Below, piece by piece: positions 19,744 through 28,464 of a DNA stretch of 64,000 nt. Position 1 is the first letter of the stretch. Each line of letters starts with the position of its first letter. The notes under the pieces are model-generated. The model saw nothing but the letters and a program-made list of their open reading frames with translations. It ran no database searches and was not told the DNA's origin. The position numbers and the translations under genes were made by a program. Source of the stretch: Promethearchaeota archaeon (GTDB taxonomy: Archaea > Asgardarchaeota > Lokiarchaeia > Sigyniarchaeales > SOKP01); NCBI GenBank assembly GCA_019894975.1, contig JAGXNO010000012.1, positions 1 through 64,000 of the forward strand. Direction: 5' to 3'.

Positions 19744-21666
19744 ATGATGAATTCTGCTTATTTGACAATGGATAAATTCATTACATACTTGAAAAAGGAA
19801 GGTATAATTCAAGATCTTTTAGAATTTTATGATATAAACCAAAGCAAACACATTCTAGACACATATTTTGATAAACTCATTGAAATCCTCGATAAAAAAG
19901 GAAATATTTATGCTTCTAAAAACAGTGTAAACCAATTTAAATTAAAATTTAATTCATTGGGTAAGTTTTATGAAAATAATTTACATGAAACGGAAAGAAA
20001 GTCATTAGGGGAATTTTATACTCCTAAATCTATAGTGGATTATATTTTAGACGCTGTCGATTATAAAGATGGTGAAGATATTCAGAATAAAAAACTTGTC
20101 GACATAAGTTGTGGATCTGGAAGTTTTATCATTTTAGCTATTAGAGTTTTAATCAATAATTGTGTTAAGAGCTTTAATAAGAAAGATATTTCTGAAATTT
20201 CACCTAAAGAGGCTAGATACATCATTTTGAAGGTAAATGAAAACATATCTGGCATAGATATAAATCCGATTGCGTGTATTTTATGTCAGATTAATATTCA
20301 TCTTGAACTATTTGATTTATTAAAAGTCATTAAAGATAAGGATAAGAATTATCATTTACCACAGTTTAGTATAAAAAATTCTAACACTTTTACAATTCTT
20401 AAATCGGAGATTTATGATTTCATAGTAGGTAATCCACCATATTTATTTATTAGAGACATTCCAGATGAGCAGAAGTTGGTTATTGAAAAGGGTGATTTTG
20501 ATACAAATAATGGTCAATATGATTATTATCAAATCTTTATTGAGCTTGGTATTAGACTCTTAAAAAATAAAGGAAAACTTGGGTATATAGTTCCAGATTC
20601 ACTATTAGTCCTATCCAACCGCTCCATATTAAGGAAATATATATACAATACCACAAAAATTAGAGAAATATATGAAACTGGTCCAAAATTTGAGGATCCT
20701 ATTGTATCAAATATTATTCTCGTTTTAGAAAAAGAATCTGATATGCAAGAAAGAGAGAAAAACTCTATTAAAGTTAAAATTTCAGACCAAATAAAGAGAG
20801 ATATTTTACAAAAGGATTTACAGAAATGGGATTACAAATTTTTAATTCACCTAAGTAAGGAGGATTTATTTATTCTTAACCATCTAAAAAAATTCTTTCC
20901 TACATTAAAAGATTTAATGATGAAAAAAGATTTTAATATTCTATTAAGTAGAGGGATAGAGTTAACGAAAAAAGGAGAGATTATTTTTTGTGAGAATTGT
21001 AGGAAATATTTCCCTGTCCCAAAAAGAACACTTGATTGCCCAGAATGTAAAAAACATCTAAAAGAAAGAAATATTGAACTGATTATTTCTGATTTTGTAC
21101 CGGAAGAAGAAGAAGGTAAATTTGAATTATTTATAAATTCAATAAATCGCTATAAAGTCAAAAATTATAAATATGTTAAGGTTGATAAACCAGGGATTAA
21201 TTATAAAGATTTTAATATTTATAGTGACCGGATTATAATTAGACAGCTAAGCCAAAATAGTTTAATCTGTGCAACTTATGAGAAAAAATTCTCTTTAACA
21301 TCCCAATCTTTTTATAATTTAAGAGTTTACAGTTCAGCTATAAAAGAATTTAACAATTTATATCTCTTGGGCATTATCAATTCCAAACTCTTATCTTATT
21401 ATTTTATAAAACTATTTGGTTCTTATAAGAGACTCTTTCCCCGAATATTAATTGAAAAAATTAAAGATTTTCCTATTAGTATTCCCGGTAACCTAAATGA
21501 AAAAAAATTAGCATCTCAAATAATTAAAAAAGTTGAGATTTTATTAAATTTAAATGAAGGGGAAGAGGAGAAATCTAAGAAGATCCAAAGAGAAATTGAT
21601 GAGATTATATTTAAACTTTATAGAATACCTGATTTATATAAGGAAAAGATATTAGAATTTGTATAA
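19744..21666 (+). CDS. N6-adenine DNA methyltransferase (TaqI/Eco57I-like, gamma class) with Zn-finger insert
   Basis: GEFYTP, DISCGSGSF and VGNPPY; YLLGIINS (TaqI_C-like); CENC...CPEC. Confidence 0.88.
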   Translation: MMNSAYLTMDKFITYLKKEGIIQDLLEFYDINQSKHILDTYFDKLIEILDKKGNIYASKNSVNQFKLKFNSLGKFYENNLHETERKSLGEFYTPKSIVDYILDAVDYKDGEDIQNKKLVDISCGSGSFIILAIRVLINNCVKSFNKKDISEISPKEARYIILKVNENISGIDINPIACILCQINIHLELFDLLKVIKDKDKNYHLPQFSIKNSNTFTILKSEIYDFIVGNPPYLFIRDIPDEQKLVIEKGDFDTNNGQYDYYQIFIELGIRLLKNKGKLGYIVPDSLLVLSNRSILRKYIYNTTKIREIYETGPKFEDPIVSNIILVLEKESDMQEREKNSIKVKISDQIKRDILQKDLQKWDYKFLIHLSKEDLFILNHLKKFFPTLKDLMMKKDFNILLSRGIELTKKGEIIFCENCRKYFPVPKRTLDCPECKKHLKERNIELIISDFVPEEEEGKFELFINSINRYKVKNYKYVKVDKPGINYKDFNIYSDRIIIRQLSQNSLICATYEKKFSLTSQSFYNLRVYSSAIKEFNNLYLLGIINSKLLSYYFIKLFGSYKRLFPRILIEKIKDFPISIPGNLNEKKLASQIIKKVEILLNLNEGEEEKSKKIQREIDEIIFKLYRIPDLYKEKILEFV

Positions 21667-21671
21667 AATTA

Positions 21672-23048
21672 TTAATTAAATTGCGGTAACCATTTTGCTT
21701 CTTTTTCAAACAATTCATCAACCATATCTCGAATTTCCTGGGGAGAACAAACACTTGCGGTGTTAGGGTCTAACATGACAGCGTGAAAAATCTTTTCCCT
21801 ATCCAAATCAAGCGCGCCTTCAACGGTTGCCTTTTGAACCATTACATTTGAAATACAAAGTGCTTGACAAATTGTAGGTAATTCTATACCTCCTTGAGGA
21901 TGTAATCCCTGTGTATCTGCAAATACGGGAACTTCTACACAACACCCGTCCGGTAGATTTGTTATTAAACTTTGTTCTTTGTTAATTACATTACCATTAA
22001 ATCCAAATGGTTTATCAGTTTCAATTGCATTTAGGATATGCGAAGCGAATTCAGTTGAAGGCTTTTTTTTCAGATTAAGAATAGGTTCCTTTATTCTTTT
22101 TTCAAAATTTCTTTCCGCCCATCCTTCTGTATTAACACACATATCATAATAAGCACCATGTTCCAAATGTGCATATAATCCTTTAGTTGCTTTGTATTTT
22201 TCTAAAAGATCTTTTCGTTTTCGATAATAGGGTATATATTCACTAAGATGTCCTGAGGATTCAGTCATATAATAGCCACATACATTAAACATATCTCTAC
22301 GTACTTTATCAGTTTCTGAGTATTTAGGGTTATCCTTCATTTCTCTTTTAAGCTCAGGATTAGCATCCTGCCAAGGAGAATTTTTATCTTTTCTATACCA
22401 TACTTTAAGAAACCATGCCATATGATTAATACCAGCGCAAAAATAATCGAAGTTCTCTTCTCGTACCTTAAGAACTTTCCTTAAAATTCCGGCTGTGCTT
22501 TGAACCCCATGACATAACCCTACAGTTGAATCTGGTAATAACTTATTGCAGTACCAAGTATTCATTGCCATAGGATTGGAGTAATTTAACAGAAGAGGTT
22601 TATCACTATTATTTTTAGTATTGTACCCAAATTCTTGAATATCTTCTATGATTGATTTAATTGCCGGAACAGTTCTAAGAAATCTGAAAATTCCACCCGG
22701 ACCTAACGTATCCCCCACACATTGAGAAACACCATATTTTAATGGGATTTCAAAATCATATTTCATAACATCCAACCAACCAACCTGAATGGCATTAATT
22801 ATATACTTAGCATTTGCAATTGCTTCCTTTTGCTTGGTCGTTTTCTCAACTTCGACATTATTCAAGATATGAGAATTATCTTCGATATTTTTTTTTATAT
22901 ATCTATAGGTCGTATCTAGACGTCCCGGATCGATATCTTCTAAGCATATAAGAGTGTCATTTTGAAAGGAAGGGAAAGTTAAAATGTCTGTAAGCAGATT
23001 GTCTGCAAAAATCATAGATCCTGCTCCAATAAAAGTAATCTTCTTCAT
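21672..23048 (-). CDS. GH4 NAD+-dependent alpha-galactosidase/glucosidase (MelA-like)
   Basis: FIGAGS, GDTLGPGG, NYSNPM, GLCHGV, AGINHM and TESSGH. Confidence 0.92.
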   Translation of the reverse strand: MKKITFIGAGSMIFADNLLTDILTFPSFQNDTLICLEDIDPGRLDTTYRYIKKNIEDNSHILNNVEVEKTTKQKEAIANAKYIINAIQVGWLDVMKYDFEIPLKYGVSQCVGDTLGPGGIFRFLRTVPAIKSIIEDIQEFGYNTKNNSDKPLLLNYSNPMAMNTWYCNKLLPDSTVGLCHGVQSTAGILRKVLKVREENFDYFCAGINHMAWFLKVWYRKDKNSPWQDANPELKREMKDNPKYSETDKVRRDMFNVCGYYMTESSGHLSEYIPYYRKRKDLLEKYKATKGLYAHLEHGAYYDMCVNTEGWAERNFEKRIKEPILNLKKKPSTEFASHILNAIETDKPFGFNGNVINKEQSLITNLPDGCCVEVPVFADTQGLHPQGGIELPTICQALCISNVMVQKATVEGALDLDREKIFHAVMLDPNTASVCSPQEIRDMVDELFEKEAKWLPQFN

Positions 23049-23143
23049 TTTACATCCGATTCCGAAATTTTTTAATTTAATATATATGAAAATTCCTAAA
23101 AATTATAATATTTGGTTTAATATTATTTATAGGTGAAATATGT

Positions 23144-23716
23144 ATGAATAGAATTGCTCATGTTTCAAGAAAAACGAGTGAAACTGAAATTACAGTTGAA
23201 TTGAATTTAGACGGGGAGGGCAAAGGCAAAATCAATACCGGTTTTAAATTTATGGATCATATGTTAAGGTTACTTTCAAAACACTCAACTACAGACATAA
23301 TGATAGATGCTACTGGAGATCTTACTCATCATATAATTGAAGATATTGGCATCTCATTAGGAGAATGCTTCCACAAGGCTTTAGGTGATAAAAAGGGAAT
23401 AAATAGATATGGTTCTGCTTTAATTCCAATGGATGAAGCTCTTGCAAGGTGTGTTTTAGATTTTAGTGGTCGCACAGCTTTAATTTTAGATTTAGATTTG
23501 AAAGATTGTGATATGGAAGATGTAGCTGTTGAGGATATAAAACATTTCTTTAATTCATTTGCGGAAAATGCAAAAATGAATCTTCACATCCATATCCTTT
23601 ACGGTGATGACCAACATCATAAAGTAGAAGCTGTGTTTAAAGCTCTAGCACTAGCTATTAAGAAAGCAAAGAAAATAACCTCAAATGAAATTCGCTCAAC
23701 TAAAGGAATATTGTGA
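23144..23716 (+). CDS. hisB: Imidazoleglycerol-phosphate dehydratase
   Basis: FMDHML, HHIIED, PMDEAL, HHKVEA and STKG.L. Confidence 0.96.
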   Translation: MNRIAHVSRKTSETEITVELNLDGEGKGKINTGFKFMDHMLRLLSKHSTTDIMIDATGDLTHHIIEDIGISLGECFHKALGDKKGINRYGSALIPMDEALARCVLDFSGRTALILDLDLKDCDMEDVAVEDIKHFFNSFAENAKMNLHIHILYGDDQHHKVEAVFKALALAIKKAKKITSNEIRSTKGIL

Positions 23717-24159
23717 TTGAGTACCTTCCTATTATGAATAAACCTCAAATTCTATAAAAAATTACAGATTTGATATTTTAAACGTATCTGTGCATTTCAT
23801 TTACTTTTTAATTATCTTCTCTTTTTAGAACGATATGTCTTTAAAATTATGTCCCATTTTTCAGCCAGCTCAGGAAGATCTGTTCGTTTAAAAAGTTTTA
23901 CTGCGCGATCTAAGATTTTGGTTATACTTTCTTCACATATAGCAATATCATCTTGTATGGAGGAATCACTTATCATAATTAAAGAAGTATTAGAATTCAA
24001 TTAAAAAATAATATGGTATGCTGATGTCCACTGAAGTATGCTTATAATAATATCCTAATACCTTCATTAATACCTATATTTATATTACCTAAGAATATAT
24101 TCTTAGTATATTTCCGAAGGAAAGTAAATTCTTTAAAGTTATAGTTCAAGGGGATATCA

Positions 24160-25143
24160 ATGGAAAATCTTCCCAATACATATCGTCTTAAGCAGGTACT
24201 GAAAAATTATTTTGAAGAGGTTGATGGTATTTTAGGTGTAGCGATATGTGATAGAGACGGCTTTATTATTGCTTCGGAATTCAAGGAAGGTGATGATGAA
24301 GAATCTGACTCCGTTATTGGAGCAATGTCAGCAATTCTTGATACTTATATTGATAGAATTAAAAGTGAATTTGGAACGAAGGGAAGTTTCTTCAATATAA
24401 CTATGATGGGGGATAAAAAATTTGCTTATTGTTCACAAGGCCCATTATCTATTTTAACAACAGTTGCAGATCAATCTACAAGTGATATAGAGTTAAAAGT
24501 ATATTCTGAGCATATAGCAGGAAAAGTTGAATTGATTTTAGATGGTAACAAGGATGTTTCCCCTAAGATCCCCGAAATTATTAGAGCGTTGGCAAAAACA
24601 AGGGCAGGATCCCTTCAAAACATGGCAGGAGAGTATTCTCATAAACTTATTTTAACAGGTGATTTTCAAGTAGGGAAGTCTTCCCTTATTAGAAGGTTTG
24701 TAAAGAATACGTTTGAAAAAGATTATATTTCGACTATTGGAGTGCAATTATCGAAGAAAATAGTTGATTTAACAGACAAAATAAAGATGAACTTTATCTT
24801 ATGGGATATAGGTGGTCAAATTAGACAAATGGCACCTTATCGCACTAAATTCTATAATGGTGCTAATGCTGCTTTTATCGTTATCGACAGAACTAGAGAG
24901 GACACTATGAGTAGTGTAAAAAAGTGGTATGAGGATATTAAGAATTCAATCCCAAAGAATATTCCTATTGTTTTGGTTGGAAATAAATCAGATTTAGTAG
25001 CTGAGATTAAAATTAGTGAGGAGGATATTAAGAAAGTAGCTCAAGATTTTGGTTTTCATTATATCCTTACTAGTGCTAAATCAGGAGAAAATGTTAATGA
25101 TGCATTTTTATATATTGCTTATCGAGTTATAGAAACACTATAA
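24160..25143 (+). CDS. Roadblock/LC7-like domain fused to a Rab-like small GTPase
   Basis: N-terminal GILGVAICDRDGFIIAS; G1 GDFQVGKS, G2 TIG, G3 WDIGGQ, G4 NKSD, G5 TSAK. Confidence 0.9.
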   Translation: MENLPNTYRLKQVLKNYFEEVDGILGVAICDRDGFIIASEFKEGDDEESDSVIGAMSAILDTYIDRIKSEFGTKGSFFNITMMGDKKFAYCSQGPLSILTTVADQSTSDIELKVYSEHIAGKVELILDGNKDVSPKIPEIIRALAKTRAGSLQNMAGEYSHKLILTGDFQVGKSSLIRRFVKNTFEKDYISTIGVQLSKKIVDLTDKIKMNFILWDIGGQIRQMAPYRTKFYNGANAAFIVIDRTREDTMSSVKKWYEDIKNSIPKNIPIVLVGNKSDLVAEIKISEEDIKKVAQDFGFHYILTSAKSGENVNDAFLYIAYRVIETL

Positions 25144-25228
25144 CTCTAATGATCCAAACTTTTTTATGAATTCTCTTTCTTTTAAATAATTGAAGTATAA
25201 ATTGAAATAAAATATGAAATTAACAAAA

Positions 25229-25234
25229 GGAGGT
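25229..25234 (+). promoter_or_regulatory. Shine-Dalgarno GGAGGT
   Basis: Lies 8 nt before ATA 25243, and about 70 nt upstream of the called ATG 25303. Confidence 0.7.
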
Positions 25235-25242
25235 TAAAAAAA

Positions 25243-26163
25243 ATAGTTCTAAAGGTAGATTGGCACGATGTGCTCACCACTTGAAACGCTGCTGGATATG
25301 TTATGGGATTTTCAATAAAAGAACTTACCTATAAAGGAAGATATCTTGTGTATCTCAGTGAAAAAGAATTAACAGGCCCTTGGTTCAGCTTTACTTTAGA
25401 AGGGAAAAAAATAGGTTCTATTCCAGTCATTCTAAGAAATATCGAACCTACTCCAATATATAAAATGATTAATACACGAAAAGGAACTGCTATAAGTAGA
25501 ATTACCTTGGATTTCAGTATCACAGAATATCTTAAGAAATTAACTGAAGAAAATAAATTGAAATCGATTCCGATTAAAAAGGAAGAATACGTTCGTTTAT
25601 ATAAAGATATCTTTAATCCTCCCAAAGTACCCTATATTAGTACGTTCTTTACTTTGAAAAACATTTCAGATTATGCTATGAAAAATTTCTCAATGTACTT
25701 CGTCTTAGATTTTGATATAAATGGACTTGACGGATTTGATAATGATTTATCAGGTTATGATGCGGAAAATGATGTGATTTATCAATATGATGACACAGGA
25801 TTGTATGGTGGATTTTCCCCTATTTCTAAATCAACAAATTACGAATCATGTCTAACACATGATTTTAAAATTGATAATCAAAATTTAAACCTTTCAAATA
25901 GTTTATTTGAAGGTTCAGGAGAAATCTTATCTGCTTTACAAATTGAATTCAAGACGCTTGAACCTAACCAATCTTTTCAGACTGCAATGGTTATTTCTGG
26001 GGGATTTAGCAAAGAAGAATTAATTGAAAATATTAAAGAAGGAAAAAACAACGCTATGAAACACTTACATCAAGTAAACAGATCAATCAAGTCAGAACAA
26101 CGTAATCTTCAGGAGGAAGCTTTTATAAAAATCAATCTTCAGCAAGCGGTTGATTGTAAATAA
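25243..26163 (+). CDS. Putative selenoprotein of unknown family (306 aa; in-frame TGA = Sec14)
   Basis: ATA GTT CTA AAG GTA GAT TGG CAC GAT GTG CTC ACC ACT TGA AAC GCT GCT GGA TAT GTT ATG is in frame with ORF 25303-26163. An RBS precedes it and a SECIS-like element follows in the 3' UTR. Confidence 0.72.
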
Positions 26164-26167
26164 TAAA

Positions 26168-26242
26168 AATCCACAATAATGAATCACTTAAAAAAATCCT
26201 ATTGGATAGTTATTTGATGAAAACCCTGCTCGGGTGTGGATT
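26168..26242 (+). promoter_or_regulatory. Putative eukaryote-like SECIS element (3' UTR)
   Basis: Helix I AATCCACA/TGTGGATT; core ATGA (26179-82) with GA (26219-20); helix II ATCA/TGAT plus TAA/TTA; unpaired A-run; apical mini-stem ATCC-TATT-GGAT. Confidence 0.72.
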
Positions 26243-26271
26243 GAAAAAATAAAGAAAAAAAAATTTGATTT

Positions 26272-26988
26272 TTAAATCTTTTTGTGCGACTTTAGATCAA
26301 AATAGGCATCCTCTAGAACATCCAGATACTCAATCAACGCTTTATTCGCAATAGATCTTTGTTCATAAGCTAATTTAATAACGTTCAAGAGATATTTAGG
26401 AAATATAAGATCCATGTAAAAGTCAGAAATAAGAGCATAGTATTCAATATTGTTCTCATCTCTAAAAACTTTAACCAAACGATTATCCCACAATAATTTC
26501 AACGCTCCATATGCGTCCTTAACTCCTTAGGCTCTTAGTTTATCAAGATCTTGTCGTGTTACAATTGCAGTTCTTAATAATCGCAATGTCTCATAAACTT
26601 CAGGATTTATTAAAATATCAACAACACTTAGGTTATCTTCCGTTGTGGGTTGATAATTTTGAAAAAATTTCTGAACTTCGGCAATATATTCCTTTGCAAA
26701 TTGAGTTGGTAAACCAGAGTTTATAGGATCTGCGAATAATTTTGCAGGAGGAACTCTAAGCATATATATATCTTTTGTCAAGACAATCAATTCTGATGGT
26801 AGTCCTTTTACCGAGACCTGTTTTATCATATCTCTTTTCAATAGTTCCATGAGAGTAGCTTCTATATCTACAAATCCCTCAATATATCTATCTCTTAGCC
26901 ATATTGTCAATTCTGATTTAGTCATAACACCTCTATCCCTTAAGTTATCTATTATCATTTGTTTAATCTCATCTTGATAAATGAGAGC
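26272..26988 (-). pseudogene. Hypothetical protein gene with internal TAA and probable 5' truncation
   Basis: ORFs 26527-26958 and 26272-26502 share one frame (LDKLRA*GVKDAYGALKLLWD). The protein-like frame runs up to ALIYQDEIKQ at 26988. Confidence 0.7.
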
Positions 26989-27262
26989 TTTTATTGTGAT
27001 AGATAGAACTCGACAGGATAATTTAAAAAGTGTAGATCTATGGCATAATGAAATAAAAAAATATGTAGGGAAGGAAATAAGTATTATTTTAGTAGGGAAT
27101 AAATCTGATGTGATTGAAAATATTGAAATTAGTGAAGTAAGTATAAAAATGATTGCTGAAGAGAAAGGATTTCATTATATCCTTACTAGTGCGAAGACGG
27201 GAGAAAATGTTCATGATTTATTTCTCTATATCGCATATAAGTTTTTGGAAGGAGTTTCGTAG
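26981..27262 (+). pseudogene. C-terminal half of a Rab-like small GTPase (G1-G3 missing)
   Basis: AFIVIDRTR, GNKSD and TSAKTGENV align with the C-half of the paralog at 24160. No P-loop is present upstream. Confidence 0.82.
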
Positions 27263-27274
27263 CAAAAAAGAATT

Positions 27275-28348
27275 TTATTCCTCAGCATAGTCAAATTTGA
27301 ATTTTTTATAAGTAACCATAAATTTAGTTTGATTTTCTCTATGATTATTTATTGAATATAATAGGATATCTATTTCCTGTTTTGTAATAACAGGAAATTT
27401 ATAGTGAACAGAATTATACTTTATATCTTTAATTTTCTTACTGTAGTTCTTAATAAATTTAACATGTTGATTTAATCTTTTATTATTGGTATCGGTATTC
27501 AATTGCTTGAGTTCTTTTATTCTTTTTTTAAATAAATTAATAAATTCTGAATTGAATTCATACCCAATTGAATTTCTTGTAGAAATCATAGCAGCCAATG
27601 AGGTTGTTCCTGTTCCCCAGAATGGATCTAAAACAATATCTCCATAAATTGAAAACATATTGATCAAACGATAAGCTAATTCTAAAGGGAATGCAGCAGA
27701 CCGTTCCCTTATTTTATTAGGTGTAGTAGATTTGTTATGTAGCTTCTGAGATATACCTCCCATGTCTTCCCATACATCTGAAAACCATTTATTCCTCTCT
27801 TCCCAAAAAAAAGCACTGTTATATCTTTTTTCAGATTTGGGTACTATAACTCGTTTAATATCTCCTTTCCTGAAGATCAAAATATATTCATGTTCAAGAG
27901 TAGCATAGGCATTTGGGGGTAACATCCCAGAACCTAAGAATTTATTTGGACTATTTGTTGGTTTTCTCCATAATATAGAAGGTAATTCAATAAATCCGTG
28001 ATTAAGGAACGAATTAGTTATTTTAACGTGATTAGGAAATAATTGAAAGTTTTTCCCAATAGTTCTTGTCGCGTCCCCTATATTTACACAAGCTATACCA
28101 CCAGGTTTTAGTACCCGTGTCACTTCTATCCATACTTTATCTAATTCGTCATGCATCAAATTGAATGCTCTTTTACCATCCAATTCTTCTAAGGATTCTT
28201 TAATTTCACTATTTAAAGAAGAAAATAACGAATCCCACATCTCAATCATGGGATAGGGAGGTGATGTAATCAGCAAATCAACCGATTCAGGCTTTAACTC
28301 ACACATATCAGATGAATTTTTGAAATATACATTGTGAATTGTTTCCAT
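27275..28348 (-). CDS. Beta-class N4-cytosine/N6-adenine DNA methyltransferase
   Basis: ITSPPY precedes VLDPFWGTGTT; AAFPLEL. Confidence 0.92.
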   Translation of the reverse strand: METIHNVYFKNSSDMCELKPESVDLLITSPPYPMIEMWDSLFSSLNSEIKESLEELDGKRAFNLMHDELDKVWIEVTRVLKPGGIACVNIGDATRTIGKNFQLFPNHVKITNSFLNHGFIELPSILWRKPTNSPNKFLGSGMLPPNAYATLEHEYILIFRKGDIKRVIVPKSEKRYNSAFFWEERNKWFSDVWEDMGGISQKLHNKSTTPNKIRERSAAFPLELAYRLINMFSIYGDIVLDPFWGTGTTSLAAMISTRNSIGYEFNSEFINLFKKRIKELKQLNTDTNNKRLNQHVKFIKNYSKKIKDIKYNSVHYKFPVITKQEIDILLYSINNHRENQTKFMVTYKKFKFDYAEE

Positions 28349-28464
28349 AATCAGTTTCCTAGTTTCAATGTTGGGTATATGAATTTTTTAAATCAAAATT
28401 CAAATACTTTACATCAATATGTTATTAAAAATTTATATAAATATTGATCAAAGACTAGATAATA

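Noticed and set aside
23812-24000. 62-aa ORF between hisB and the GTPase gene
   Set aside because: Might be a gene remnant, but it has no RBS, motif or clear start; not enough support.
26168-26242. The hairpin as a simple terminator between convergent genes
   Set aside because: There is no U-tract after the stem on the + strand. The AUGA/GA core, the A-run and the upstream in-frame UGA fit a SECIS better. Not fully excluded.
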